Positions 10,795 to 21,998 of a stretch of 32,000 bases of DNA are shown one piece after another. How positions within the stretch are numbered: position 1 is the stretch's first letter; every line of letters begins with the position of its first letter. The notes beneath the pieces are model-generated. The model was not told where the DNA came from. It saw only the letters and a program-made list of their open reading frames with translations, and did not search any database. This DNA comes from Wallemia ichthyophaga EXF-994 (taxonomy: Eukaryota; Fungi; Basidiomycota). The DNA lies in NCBI RefSeq assembly GCF_000400465.1, contig NW_008806280.1, positions 360,001 to 392,000 of the forward strand. The letters are read 5' to 3'. The translations under genes were made by a program, and so were the position numbers.

Positions 10795-13700
10795 ATGAGC
10801 AACGACGATATAGATAATGATGACGGTGGCGGCGATGAAGCTTTGAGTAAGAGAGCGTCCACAAAGCTATCATGGATTTCAAGCAAGCTGATTGGTTCAC
10901 TCAACTTCTATAGAATCCATATGATCGTATTCACTATCGCACCACTCATCATTGGCGCTATCCTTTACGCAGGGGATGATCACCACGATTACGCCTTCAT
11001 TGATACGCTATTCGTCGCGACTTCAGCATTCACAGTGACTGGATTGTCCACAATTGAACTAAGCCACTTTAATGGATTCCAACAAGGCGTTGTTTTCTTC
11101 TGTATGTGCGTTGGATCAGTTTCTACTGTATCGATTATTATGGTAATCATTAGGCGGTAAGTTTAATTGATCTAGAAGGTCTTTCCCACTCACACTATCC
11201 TCAGATTCTACTTCAGGAAGCGTTTCATGCATGTCATTATGACTGACAAGCAAAAGAAAGCTCAGCGTCGTCCTTCTTGGTACGCAGCCGCGACTTCTTC
11301 CGCTAGAGAAACGGCATCTGGTATTAGATCACGCATTAGAAGCACCGTGCATCGTTCATCTGAAATTTCTCCGTCGTTTTCCCGATCCCAGTCGAGTGGA
11401 CCACCCAATCCACCAACTGCACCTTCAAATGCTCAACGTCCATCATCCTCGGACCAAGAATCATCGTCGTCTTCCGACTTTAAAACTCCAATCAAGCCTG
11501 CGGGAGGTACGAAACTGAATAAAGTTGTCAGATCTCTCGGCATCGGCACATCCAACAATACTCAGTCAGACAACGTACCTCAGCATGGAAGCAGCGATCA
11601 GAAGAAAAAGCGCAGATTTACACCGTCAATGATTCGCAGAGTTGATGGACCTGCTCTGATCAACAGGATGGCTCCTGGTGGTTGGATCTCCGACAAGGCA
11701 TCTGCCAAGTCAGTATCTCCACCATCTTCCCCAGTGCAGTCGCAAAATGACATGAGGAGTCGTTATAGAGATGCTGACAATGAGCACGCCCTCGATACAG
11801 ACTCGGAGTCTGATGAAGAGAACGCTGCGACAGTCCGTCAACCACCTCGCAATAGATCATCTGTCACTATAGCCAGACCTCCTTGGGTACATTCACAGAG
11901 CAGAAGCAGGGACTCTCAGGGATCCAAGTCGTTAGAGAGACCATCGCAGGATCAACAACCACAGCCTATAATAGTTGATCATGGAAATGCTCAACAGGAC
12001 GAAGAAAAATTCCCCCGCAGCGCTACTATTGGCTTCAGAGAGCCTGAATTTTCGATGAACAGGCAGCGTACAATGGGAACAAACTTTGACAGAAGCAACA
12101 CCTATCAATCTGGCAGATCGCGCTCGATCGCTCCATCCGGTTACCTCCCACGTACCACCACAAAACCATATTCCACACGCGATAGAGACTTTGGTGGGTT
12201 TCCAACCCCAATCACGCTCGTATCACGCCTAGTTGATAGGTTCTTTCCCAACTTGAGATCCAAGCTCGACAAATCTGTTACTATACCGCATACACACACC
12301 TTCACATCGCAGGCCGGAGGTACGGTTGGTGGGCCGGGTAGTCGGGGAAAGTACGCCCCATATATTTCATTCGATGCTATCGTCGGACGGAATTCGGTTT
12401 TCAAGGATCTCAGTGATGACCAAATTGATGAGTTGGGTGGTGCTGAGTATCTCGCTTTGAAGATTCTCACTGTTGTTCTCATTTTCTACTACCTCTTTTT
12501 CCAGCTCGCTGGCTTGACCATTATCGCACCATACATCAACGAGATACCTCGATTCGAAAGAATAGTTGATGAGGAGTCACCCGGCTTGGACACTGTGTGG
12601 TTCACCGCATTCAACACCATCAGTGCATACAGTAACACGGGTATGAGTCTAGTCGACAGCTCGCTGCAGAGGTTCCAGCAAGCGTACGGGATGTATCTTC
12701 CAATGTCATTCCTGATTCTTATTGGGAATACGTGTTTCCCAATTGTACTCAGATTCATCATCTGGCTAGGCACCAAAGTTGTCAAGAAGGATTCGCATGA
12801 GTATCAGGGCTTGCATTTCTTGCTAGATCACCCCAGACGCAGTTTTCTCTACCTGTTCCCATCCCACCAGACATACTTCCTGTTGTCGATGGTAGTGATT
12901 ATGGTCGTTACTGATTGGGTGTGCTTCCTGTTGCTGGACATTGGCACACCTTCAATAGAACAGATTCCAATCGGCACCAGATTCGCTTGTGGGTTCATGC
13001 AGTCCACCGCCGTCAGAGCTGCTGGATTCAACATTGTCAATCTCGCAGATTTGTCGCCGTCTGTGCAAATACTCTACATGATAATGATGTTCGTTTCTGT
13101 GTACCCCATTGCTCTCTCGGTGAGAGGTACAAATGTATACGAAGAAATGAGTCTGGGCGTATATAACAACGACGACCAGAGCTCTGAGGAACCCAACGAG
13201 AATAACGTCGAACCAACAGTTTCAGAGTCGAGGGGAAAATTATGGGGCAGTTACTTTGGTTGGCACGTTAAAAAGCAGCTGTCTTTCGATATTTGGTGGC
13301 TCGCTTTCGTCTTGTTCCTCTGTTGCATACTTGAGAGGGGGAAGATATTGGATACAACCAAGCCGTACTTTAGTATATTTAGTATACTGTTCGAAATAGT
13401 CAGTGCATATGCGACCTGTGGATTGAGTTTGGGGGTCAATGAAAGAAGTTACTCCCTATCTGGAGAGATGCGCACACTGTCGAAACTGTTACTGATAGTA
13501 GTCATGATCCGCGGTCGCCATCGCGGTCTACCTAATGCTATTGATAGAGCTGTGAGTGAGGGTTTACTAAATGAATTTACATTCTCACACTATTCAAGGT
13601 ACTTCTACCATCAGATGTACAAGAAACTGATCAACAAATGGCTGATCAGCAATCGCAAGCTGAAGATTTGCGCAGGACGCGCTCCCAAACTACGAGTTTT

Positions 13701-13925
13701 TCAGCAGCACGTAATAACACTTTTTACCGCGAACTTGAGAACAATTACCGCGATGGTGATGAAGGTCTAGCTACAATCAACGAGCAGACTCATCATCCTA
13801 CCCTTTCCCCGGAGTCTACCAGGCTCAGCTCGCCGTCTGAGTTGTCGCCAAAACATGAATCTCCACCTCATATCACAAGTAATGATCAAGATTCTCAAAA
13901 CACACAAGTTAACAAGGAGGAGTAG
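10795..13925 (+). CDS. TRK1: Trk-family K+ transporter
   Basis: LNFYRIH; four pore motifs TVTGL, SNTGM, RAAGF, ATCGL; RGRHRGLPNAIDRAVLLP after splicing. Introns at 11157-11204 and 13552-13598. Long S/R-rich loop after the first MPM unit. Confidence 0.93.
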
Positions 13926-14090
13926 CTTTATTTTTTCTCATCTGCTCCATTCTCATTTCTCATTTCAATCTCTATTAATAGTTTACTCGCATTAGATTGA
14001 TCATGTTAAGGATGATAATTTTCAATTCCCACATACTGTAGTTATTTGCATTAAATAATCTTTATTACAAGAAATAGTACATTAAATCCA

Positions 14091-15201
14091 TCAAGTGTTT
14101 GATTCTTGTTTAACTTTCTCACTGCCGTCGCTAGAAAACTTTTTTGATTTAGGTAATTCTGTTGCCTGCTCATCAGGTTGCTGTTGGTCTGTCACACCAC
14201 GCACCCAAACTTTGTGTTTTGGTGCATCGTCGGTCAGGGGTTTGTCCAGGGATGCTTTGTTTTGGTTACTGAACGTGGCACTCTGTGATACTGTTAAAAA
14301 TGAGGAGAATAGAAAGAGGAAGAACCAACCTTATTAGCAAAGCCACCTCTGGCACCACCACGTGATGCACCTCTTGAGCCACCTCTTCCTCTCATACCAC
14401 CTCTTGTTGGAGTACCAGTCATTCTCTGTGCAGCCTTCTCCTCTGCATCTTGTTGCATCTTTTCAAACTGCTGCTGCATGACCTTTGCAGTCTGCATTGT
14501 CATGAAGTGCTGCTGGAGTAATTGTCTCTCGAAGTTAGTCCTATCGGTGAAATTGTAAGACTCGTACTGCTTCTTCAGTTGTGGATTAGATTCGAGGAAA
14601 TTTGTTGTGAGATCTTTTGATAATTTATAAGTCTCTGGATCTAAACGTGGATGACGATGGTTTTGATTTCTGCGTTTATTGTCTCTCTGGTTATCTCTCT
14701 GGTTGTCTCTATAATTGCTTTGTTGCTTGTTGCCAAAGATGATATCGTCGAGTGAAGCATCAGCAGCAGAGCGCTTTGAGGATGTTGGTTGAGGTGGGTG
14801 TTGTGGGTGTTGTGGTGATTTCTGTGGTTGCTGTGGCTGCAGTTGTATCTGCTCTTGTGGCTGTGACTGTTGGAGTTGCTGATAATCCTGCTGCTGCTGC
14901 TGCTGCTGTGCGTCTCCTGTATCTGCTCCTTCTTCCACACCTTGAGCACCACCAAAGTGATCAAATATCTGATGCGTTATCTTTGCAGTATAACGATCAC
15001 CGATCAAATCACACATTTCTGAAGTAACTTGATTTTGGCTCTTCTGGTTGGTAATCATAACAACTTTCAACTTTGTCAGACCAGCCAATTAAATCAATCC
15101 ATATCCAACCCACCAATATATTCAGAAATTAAATTCAAATCCTCATCGCCTAGTCCATTCTCTATTAACACGCTCTCCACATATTTCTGTATATCGGACA
15201 T
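14091..15201 (-). CDS. Nab2-like N-terminal PWI-type domain protein with Q-rich and RGG regions
   Basis: Introns at 15064-15113 and 14283-14329 give MSDIQKYVESVLIENGLGDEDLNLISEYIVVMITNQKSQNQVTSEMCDLIG, resembling the Nab2/ZC3H14 N-domain, then poly-Q, RGG repeats and NKSATF. Confidence 0.7.
14681..14716 (-). repeat. Imperfect 12-nt tandem repeat x3 encoding RDN-containing units
   Basis: gtctctctggtt / atctctctggtt / gtctctataatt. Confidence 0.75.
14888..14908 (-). repeat. (CAG)7 poly-Q microsatellite in the Nab2-like CDS
   Basis: ctg x7 on the + strand. Confidence 0.9.
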
Positions 15202-16904
15202 GATGGTGGTGGTGGTAGGGGTGACAGATACCACTATCAGTGTTACTCCTTCTTTTTTCCATTATATGTTGGGTATAACTACAGCCTTTGAGTATTTATC
15301 ATGTTGCTCAGCAGTTGCAACTCGATTTCACTCTGGGCACGCAATTGAGCGTTTTGGAGGTGGCAACGGACTCCATCAATCTGCCCATACATTATCGACT
15401 ACAGAAATCGCATCACCCAAATATCTCAGTTTTCCATTCTTCTAGACGCGTACTGCATTTTTCAACGCGTAGCGCCCACAGTATTGGCTTTTGGGTGAAA
15501 GCAGGCCAGCTGAATACATCAAACACCCAGCAAGAAGGATTAATGTATCAAAAAGGAAGGGTCAGATCAACTCTGGAAATCATATACATGCTTAAATGGG
15601 ATTGTTGAATGAGCACAGTAGCACAGTAGAACCACGCATATCGATATCCTAGTCATATTTTCTATTAGCCCGGCTTGTTTTGCTTCTTGTGCTTCTCGTG
15701 CTTTTGGTTTCATAGATTCATTTGGTCAGTCTAGATCTTAGTAGTTGCCTCCGCCCACTCACAGGATTACTTTATAATGGATTAGTAAAGGATATCAATA
15801 CACTTGTTTATTACATTAATTATTGCTTGGATATATACTAAGTTCAACTCGCTCACCACGCCCCGAAAATGCTCAATCTGGACTCATCTCTGCATCTCTG
15901 ATAACTTCAGGATGTGTTCATAGGATGACAGGAAGTTTTGAATATTCTTTTAACTACTAACCAAAGCGTTCAAAATTCAAGGATAAATCTATTCAACTAA
16001 ATTTGCTCAAGGCACCCTGCAAATAACCAAATAAGTGAAAAGACGAATGCAAGGATGTCATACACTGACAATTTGAACAATGTAGCAATACTATAATTCT
16101 CATGGAATCTCCCGTTTTTAAATTTATTCTCATCTCAACCCTACTCTGGATATTAACATAGTTGGATTCCTCGACTACCACCTATCTCAATTCAAGTAGC
16201 TGATTTACGAGTTTCGATGATATCCAAATAACAAAGCTTTAGAAATAGCCCTGATTGAGCTACACAAAAAATCTAACTCGAATTATATCCCTGAGCCTCC
16301 AATTGTGCCCTGAAAGCTGTTCGAAAGTTGCAGTCCAACATCGCTCTACAGCACGTTATAGGATATATATAGAGAATTTAACGCGCTAAATGATAGAAAC
16401 AAATTATTTTGATTTATTAATACCATAAGCACCCAAAAATCTCAGTTATTCGGCTTTATAACCGTGAATTATATTTACAGACACTTAGTGCCCATATGAC
16501 TGAATGCTGGCTCCAAGGAAAAAGTAATGTCGTTTCAGATCATTTCACCCTTATTGAATTCAATTCATTCAAACAAAAGTGGCGGTCAGCCTAACTCCGA
16601 AATCAGGTGTTTGGCTTGTGATCAGTGAATTTTCAATATTCAGATACTGGAGGTGGTGGGGCGATGAAGGCTGCGTCCGAATCGCAGAGATCTGAATAGT
16701 ACAAATGCCCATTTAAATATGTTAAAGAACCGTCCCTCCGATTAGTAGATCACTGGCACTTCACACAGAATGATATTATTATTTCACCGACAAGCAGAAA
16801 AAAGTAGCGCATAGAGAAAAATCACACAACTAATACATCCCATATAGTAAAAGCTCTGATGTATTCATTATTCGAAACAAGCTACAAATAAAGAGCATCA
16901 TCAG

Positions 16905-17348
16905 CTAACACTCGCCATCATCATCGACACTGTTATTCTCTGCGATCTTGACGTTGCCTGTTGCAATATAATCAGTCAGCGTACCCCGATCATTACCATT
17001 ACACACCTGTGTACGCCGTCTTCTCGTCATCAGAGTGGAGAATAAATCCAATTTTCTCTTGAGTGCCGTTGACGGTGTAGTTGTATGGGCTTTCTTCAAT
17101 GTCTTTGATCTCCACTACAATCTCTGGGAAATCAGCTTCAGTTCCATTGGTGACTTCGATAGAATACTGGTGTGGGTGTAAGTTTGGAAACTCTTGACAC
17201 TTTCCCAACTCACTGGCGCTTTTCCACCTTCAAATTCAAGAGTAACGTTCTTGCAGCGTTCAACATTCTTGGGCGTGTTGATGGACATTGATGTGACGTT
17301 GGAAATCAATGCGACGAAAGCGATGAGCTTGAGTTTGTTAGATAACAT
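16905..17348 (-). CDS. Small secreted protein (about 115 aa, 2 Cys)
   Basis: Signal peptide. Introns at 17167-17213 and 16958-17006 give ERCKNVTLEFEGGKAPYSIEV, resembling the basidiomycete secreted C-x6-W/F-x-GG-x-x-PY motif; ends DDDGEC*. Confidence 0.75.
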
Positions 17349-18824
17349 ACTTGGAGCGATATTAGTGTTGTCAAGTCTGAAGTTCGCAACTCACATCTGG
17401 CTTTAGTCAGTTTTTGTCTATCCCAATCACAAGTCAGAAGTTCGACTCACAGATTTATGATGGTCTGAGTAGAAAGCTGAGCACCGCTTAAATAGACTAA
17501 AGCGCCCAGACAGAAACAAATAGGTAATTTTTTCATAGGTACAAGTTTTTTTTATAACCTCAGCCCTCCTGGGAACAGCCCAACGAATCAAGATACGCCA
17601 AGCGTGGCTGATTAAATTCCTTCTACACATTGATAGGGAAGAAGTGTGGAATTTGCTATATTAACGATACAATGAGTTAGTTTGATTCGACAACTATGTA
17701 TGTCTTATCTATCTAAAACACATGGCTAACTGTAAATGAAACACCAAGGACATATTGACTTTTAAATTAAAGATTCATAAGCGAGATTAGAGCGAGATTA
17801 AAGCAAGTGAATGATAAAGCTTCAGTGAAAGTCAGTGTCTGATGCCTTTGAATTCGTTCACGAAAGTGTTATTTCGATCTATGCTCTTTAAAAAAAGGGA
17901 CCGAAAGGTAATATCCAGATAAAGAAAGTTTGACCAAATAAATTGTAGAAGTGTTTCTGAAAGCTAACATCCAAACCATGTACGTAATTACTCCAAATTG
18001 GAGGATTAAATAATCTTGGACACGAGTCTTATGGTATTAGTCCTTTGATGTACATTCAAATCAATAAAATCCATTATATTTTTGGAATGAATTACGCTGG
18101 TGTTTAGGGTTCTTTACACACAGCAGTACCATATTTTGTATGACGATGGTAGTAAAACGCATATAAAATTGGTTTAATTTATTACTTAAACTGAGACTAC
18201 ATGTCTGACTCCTCGCATCTTGATAAATGTGATACAACTAACTAAGAACAGGCCATAAACAAATGTAGGAAACCACCCAACGACCATAGCGCAACTCAAT
18301 GAAAGTAATTCATCGTCCCCCTCACTCGCTTTATTTGCAAATATAATAACTAATAGAAGAAGAAGATGAAATCTGATTATATTTTTAAGACGATACATGT
18401 TTAAAACTGCGTCCATCAATACTTCTCAAAGCATGAGGAGTCAAAGAGGGTGATGAATTTACTTGAAGCGTCGTAATTTGTAAATTGTTGGTGGTTCTCA
18501 ATTACGCTGAACCACCGTATTATCTTCGGTACGTATTCAATTGCGGTTTGAAGAACTCGTAAAGGGCTTGTAGAGAGTGTGCGTTTCTGAGTATTGGACC
18601 TAATTCGAACCGAATATTGCTCTTGGTAATCTTTCTTTTTAATGTGATTCTGGCCATTATATGTTTTCTGCAGATGAAGATTCTATGCGAGATGGTGTAC
18701 TCTATGCAACACGCACGGTGTTTAGGTGAATCAATCAGTCAGATCGTAGTTGAAAATTTGCTTGAACATCCTACGGGGCAAATATTTGACAGTATAAGTA
18801 TTTAAATTATTTAGCCATTTCAGC

Positions 18825-18908
18825 GTGGATGTGGTATAATGGTTAGCACGTTCCGTTGTGGTTTCAAGCAAACCCGGTAAGATCCCGGTTCGATTCCGGG
18901 CATCCACA
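18825..18908 (+). tRNA. tRNA-His(GUG) with a 12-nt intron (18862-18873)
   Basis: Acceptor stem GTGGATG/CATCCAC, anticodon GTG at 18858-18860, T arm CCCGG-TTCGATT-CCGGG, discriminator A. Confidence 0.92.
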
Positions 18909-18913
18909 CGTTC

Positions 18914-18918
18914 TTTTT
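18914..18918 (+). terminator. Pol III T-run terminator of tRNA-His
   Basis: TTTTT a few nt after the tRNA 3' end. Confidence 0.7.
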
Positions 18919-19028
18919 CCCAAATATTTTTGCCCTCTTTTTCACTGTTTATTTGAGCTCACTTGCACTATATACTCATCTTTACTTTTTAAGGCCTTAA
19001 GCCAAACCAGAAAAGACCTCTTGAAGAG

Positions 19029-19702
19029 ATGCAATCATCGAGGGAGATGGAAAGTGACTCAAAAAGCAGCAGTCGGTCGAGCAATAAAAACCGTGCCTCA
19101 TCTGGGATATCGCCGTCAACTGTAGCAGGTATATCGATACTGGCATTCGCTGCAGTTTCCGCCAGTATGGCTGGGACGATATGGAGATCGAACCGGGCGC
19201 GTAAAAGAGCGACACAGGCAGTTGTAGACTTCAGGAGCAATTATCACATAGAGAAAAGACCTCTGCCTCTGCCGTCTGAGGTGCGATCGAAGGAAATTAG
19301 TAGAAGTGAGAATGCAATTGAGAGTGATGCACATGTTGCACAAATTGGAGAGAATAACACACAATTCAGTGAAGATGGACACTTTACTTACGGTGATGCA
19401 GCTAAAGCACTCCTTATTGCTACCTCAGCTGTCGGAATCGTGGCTGCGGGCAGTGGGTATTATGTGGTGAACAAGCTAGAATTGTCGGATGTGAGAGGTA
19501 TCTTGAGTTTCGCTTAGTATCTAACACAGCAATTCAGATACAAGACACCAAAACCAAACTTAACGCCATTGTCAGAACACGATTCAAGACATTATACGAT
19601 AGCATACATAAATCCGACGGTCTAGAGGAGGATATACCCGACGATGCAAAGGAGTTCGCGCAGATGTTCTACGATGAACAAAATGAGCATCGGGAGGTGT
19701 AG
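19029..19702 (+). CDS. Two-TM membrane protein, AIM11/TMEM242-like
   Basis: TM1 VAGISILAFAAVSASMAGTIW and TM2 AAKALLIATSAVGIVAAGSGYYV. Intron at 19491-19537, then IQDTKTKL...EHREV*. Start could be 19047. Confidence 0.6.
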
Positions 19703-19780
19703 CATTATAGATATATTACATACATTCCTTTTGCACGGTATACAAATCGCACTCGCCAGCACAGCTAGTCAGCTAATCAT

Positions 19781-21003
19781 CTAATCAGCGCCATCGAGAC
19801 TGCATCCTTCACCAGGTAGAACAGCCTCTTTCTTGGCTTTCTGCTGTTTCCTTTGCTCCTTCTCACTTAGATGAGAGTCGCGCTTAGCTCTCGAAAAAAG
19901 TCCGACATCCTTCTCGAAGATAAATCTGAAAGTAACCATCGGCCAACTCGTATGCCACTGGAGATGGTTGTAAAATTCAGGTGCGATATGTCTGACTTTG
20001 GGAAGATTGAGCCACGACACAGCAGGGAAATCGTGGTGTTCGTTGTGGTATCCGACATTATAGCACAACCAGTTGAGCAAGCCGTAGTACGAGTAGGTCT
20101 CCTGTCCGCTGCCATCAAACATGTAGTGCTCGGCTATGAAGTGTGCAGCGCAGGGATGGAGAGAGCCTGCGAAGAAGGTGCTAAGGACCGAGTAGGCGAA
20201 AATGCCTACCCCGTAATGCTGGTACATGAGAGCATTAAATCCTACTTGCACGCCTGCGTTGAGTAGGACGAAACCACTGGGTGGTTTTGGATTCACGAGA
20301 CCTGGTCTGATTGCGTAGAAGAGTATCTGGAATGTGCTGCAGTGTGTTAGAGTTATGAATGTCTGACCGCGCCTCATACCCACGCAAAGAAAAGCTTTCC
20401 AAGAACATTCTTCAAGAACAGGAGCTCAAAGTTTGTCGGTAAATCAGTGTCTATGCCGTCTTCACCAAGGTACCGGTGGTGTTCGTGGTGGTACACCTTG
20501 AAAGTGCCAGCAAAGGGGATGCCGACGGGTAGGTTAGCTATCATAGCCAGAGCTTTATTGGCAGTGCGCGATTTGAAGACGAGGTTGTGGGTGATCTCAT
20601 GTATAGCTAGAAAGAGATTCTGATTGCATACACCACCAACCACGTACGCAGTGAGGAGAAATTTCCAACTAAGAGGGTGCCAGTCAAGGTCTGTAATATG
20701 CGTCGCTGTGAGTAGCTGGATTGCCACCACAGCGAGTACAACGAGTGCAGTGCGAGGATCAGGCCCAAACAGCTTCTTGACCTGGAGAGCATGTCAGAAG
20801 GCTTTCAGCAAAATCCATAACAGCCCACCTCGGGATGCTGCTTCATAATTGCTCGGCAGCGCGAGCGGTGTGGCTCTTCCTCGGTGAGCCTTACGCAGTT
20901 GGTCAGCGTATGTATTCACAATGAACAAAACCCACCAGTAAAAGTTGTTGGCATCTTGTCCAGGCCTTATATGATCTCCAGGATCTCCAGCCAGTGCCGT
21001 CAT
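19781..21003 (-). CDS. DES1: Sphingolipid delta-4 desaturase
   Basis: FYWLTEEEPHRSR N-terminal motif; His boxes HEITH, HHEHH and HNEHH; ETYSYYG; three short introns. Confidence 0.95.
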
Positions 21004-21042
21004 TTTCGGTGTGAGTGAGCAAGACAGATAACAAAACGCAGT

Positions 21043-21972
21043 TCAAATCAAGATACAAAAATTGTTGAGATTGGCCCCTTCTAATAACACGCTCTTTTTG
21101 GATAGCTCTGCTCGTCCTCTCTGAGGCTCCGCTGTTTTTTTCAGCATCCAGTACGCAATTCTTGAGCCTTTCTTGGTATCGCCAATTTTCTCCTTCAATA
21201 GAGTAAATCCAACGGTGTTGAGCATCTCTAAAAACCTATCTCTAGTCAGATATCGCGAATTGGTGATGCACGGCGCCGGTAAGACCATAAAGAGATATCC
21301 GTTGGGTTTGAGGAACGTGTTGAGCCTGATCAAGAATTGTCCTGTGATATGCGTTACTGGGGAGCATATCATCGAATGCAATACCCACCTCTTTCTACCG
21401 GTGTCGGTACAAAGTTGAGTACTAGCGATGATGATACAGCATCCTTCCTATCGTCCTCGTTGCGAGGCAGTGGTCGCTGTAAAAAGTCTTGTTCACGTAT
21501 GATAGGGTGATTGGACTTTAAATCGATAAGCTCTGTGTCTATCCATTTCCGCTCGCTTTCGTAATTGTTGTGGACTAGTGCACCGATTTCTAGCAGCCTA
21601 CGAAAGCAAATGAGAAATTTCGGCCACCATCAGTTCAACTACCACCTACGCCATTTTATCACGTCCTTCACTCCCCAAATACTCCCGCTTTACACCCAAT
21701 TCAGTCAGCCAGGCGATAAAGACGTGCGAGGAATCACCACCGCGACTGCTAGACTGTCCGATAGTAGAAGCGTGTTGATAAGCAGCCATTCCTCCCAGCT
21801 TCTCAATCTCGTTATCAATTTCACTCAACTGGTTCGGATCTTTAATTGTCTTCTTCTTTTTAAGGAGGAGGTGAAATGAATTTATAATTGATTTTGTCTT
21901 CTTAGAGGAAAGCGATTGTGATTTCACTCCCGTGATTGGCGTCTTCTTCTTGTTCTTCTTACCGAGCGCCAT
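21043..21972 (-). CDS. BMT2: 25S rRNA adenine-N1 methyltransferase
   Basis: GGMAAYQHASTIGQSSSRGGDSS, LLEIGAL, IDLKSNHPIIREQDFLQRPLP, SLVLNFVP, LPAPCITNSRY and NNFCI; two introns. Confidence 0.92.
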
Positions 21973-21998
21973 CGATCATCGTCAGTTATCAAGAGCGA

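Noticed and set aside
15400-15900. In-frame TGA codons in coding-like fragments (selenocysteine, readthrough or editing idea)
   Set aside because: No recognisable protein family or SECIS-like element, and TAA/TAG stops also interrupt the frames; decay or chance is simpler.
16618-16695. C/D-box-like segment (GTGATCA...CTGA)
   Set aside because: The C box is non-consensus; no terminal stem or recognisable guide sequence.
17780-17801. agcgagatta doublet
   Set aside because: Two copies of a 10-11-mer only; not an array or CRISPR-like structure.
18103-18110. TTAGGGTT / AACCCTAA, resembling a telomerase RNA template
   Set aside because: Only 8 nt, expected about once by chance in 32 kb on two strands; no linked pseudoknot on the same strand.
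18186-18419. 77-aa hydrophobic ORF
   Set aside because: AT-rich composition readily produces hydrophobic ORFs; no motif and no consistent spliced model.
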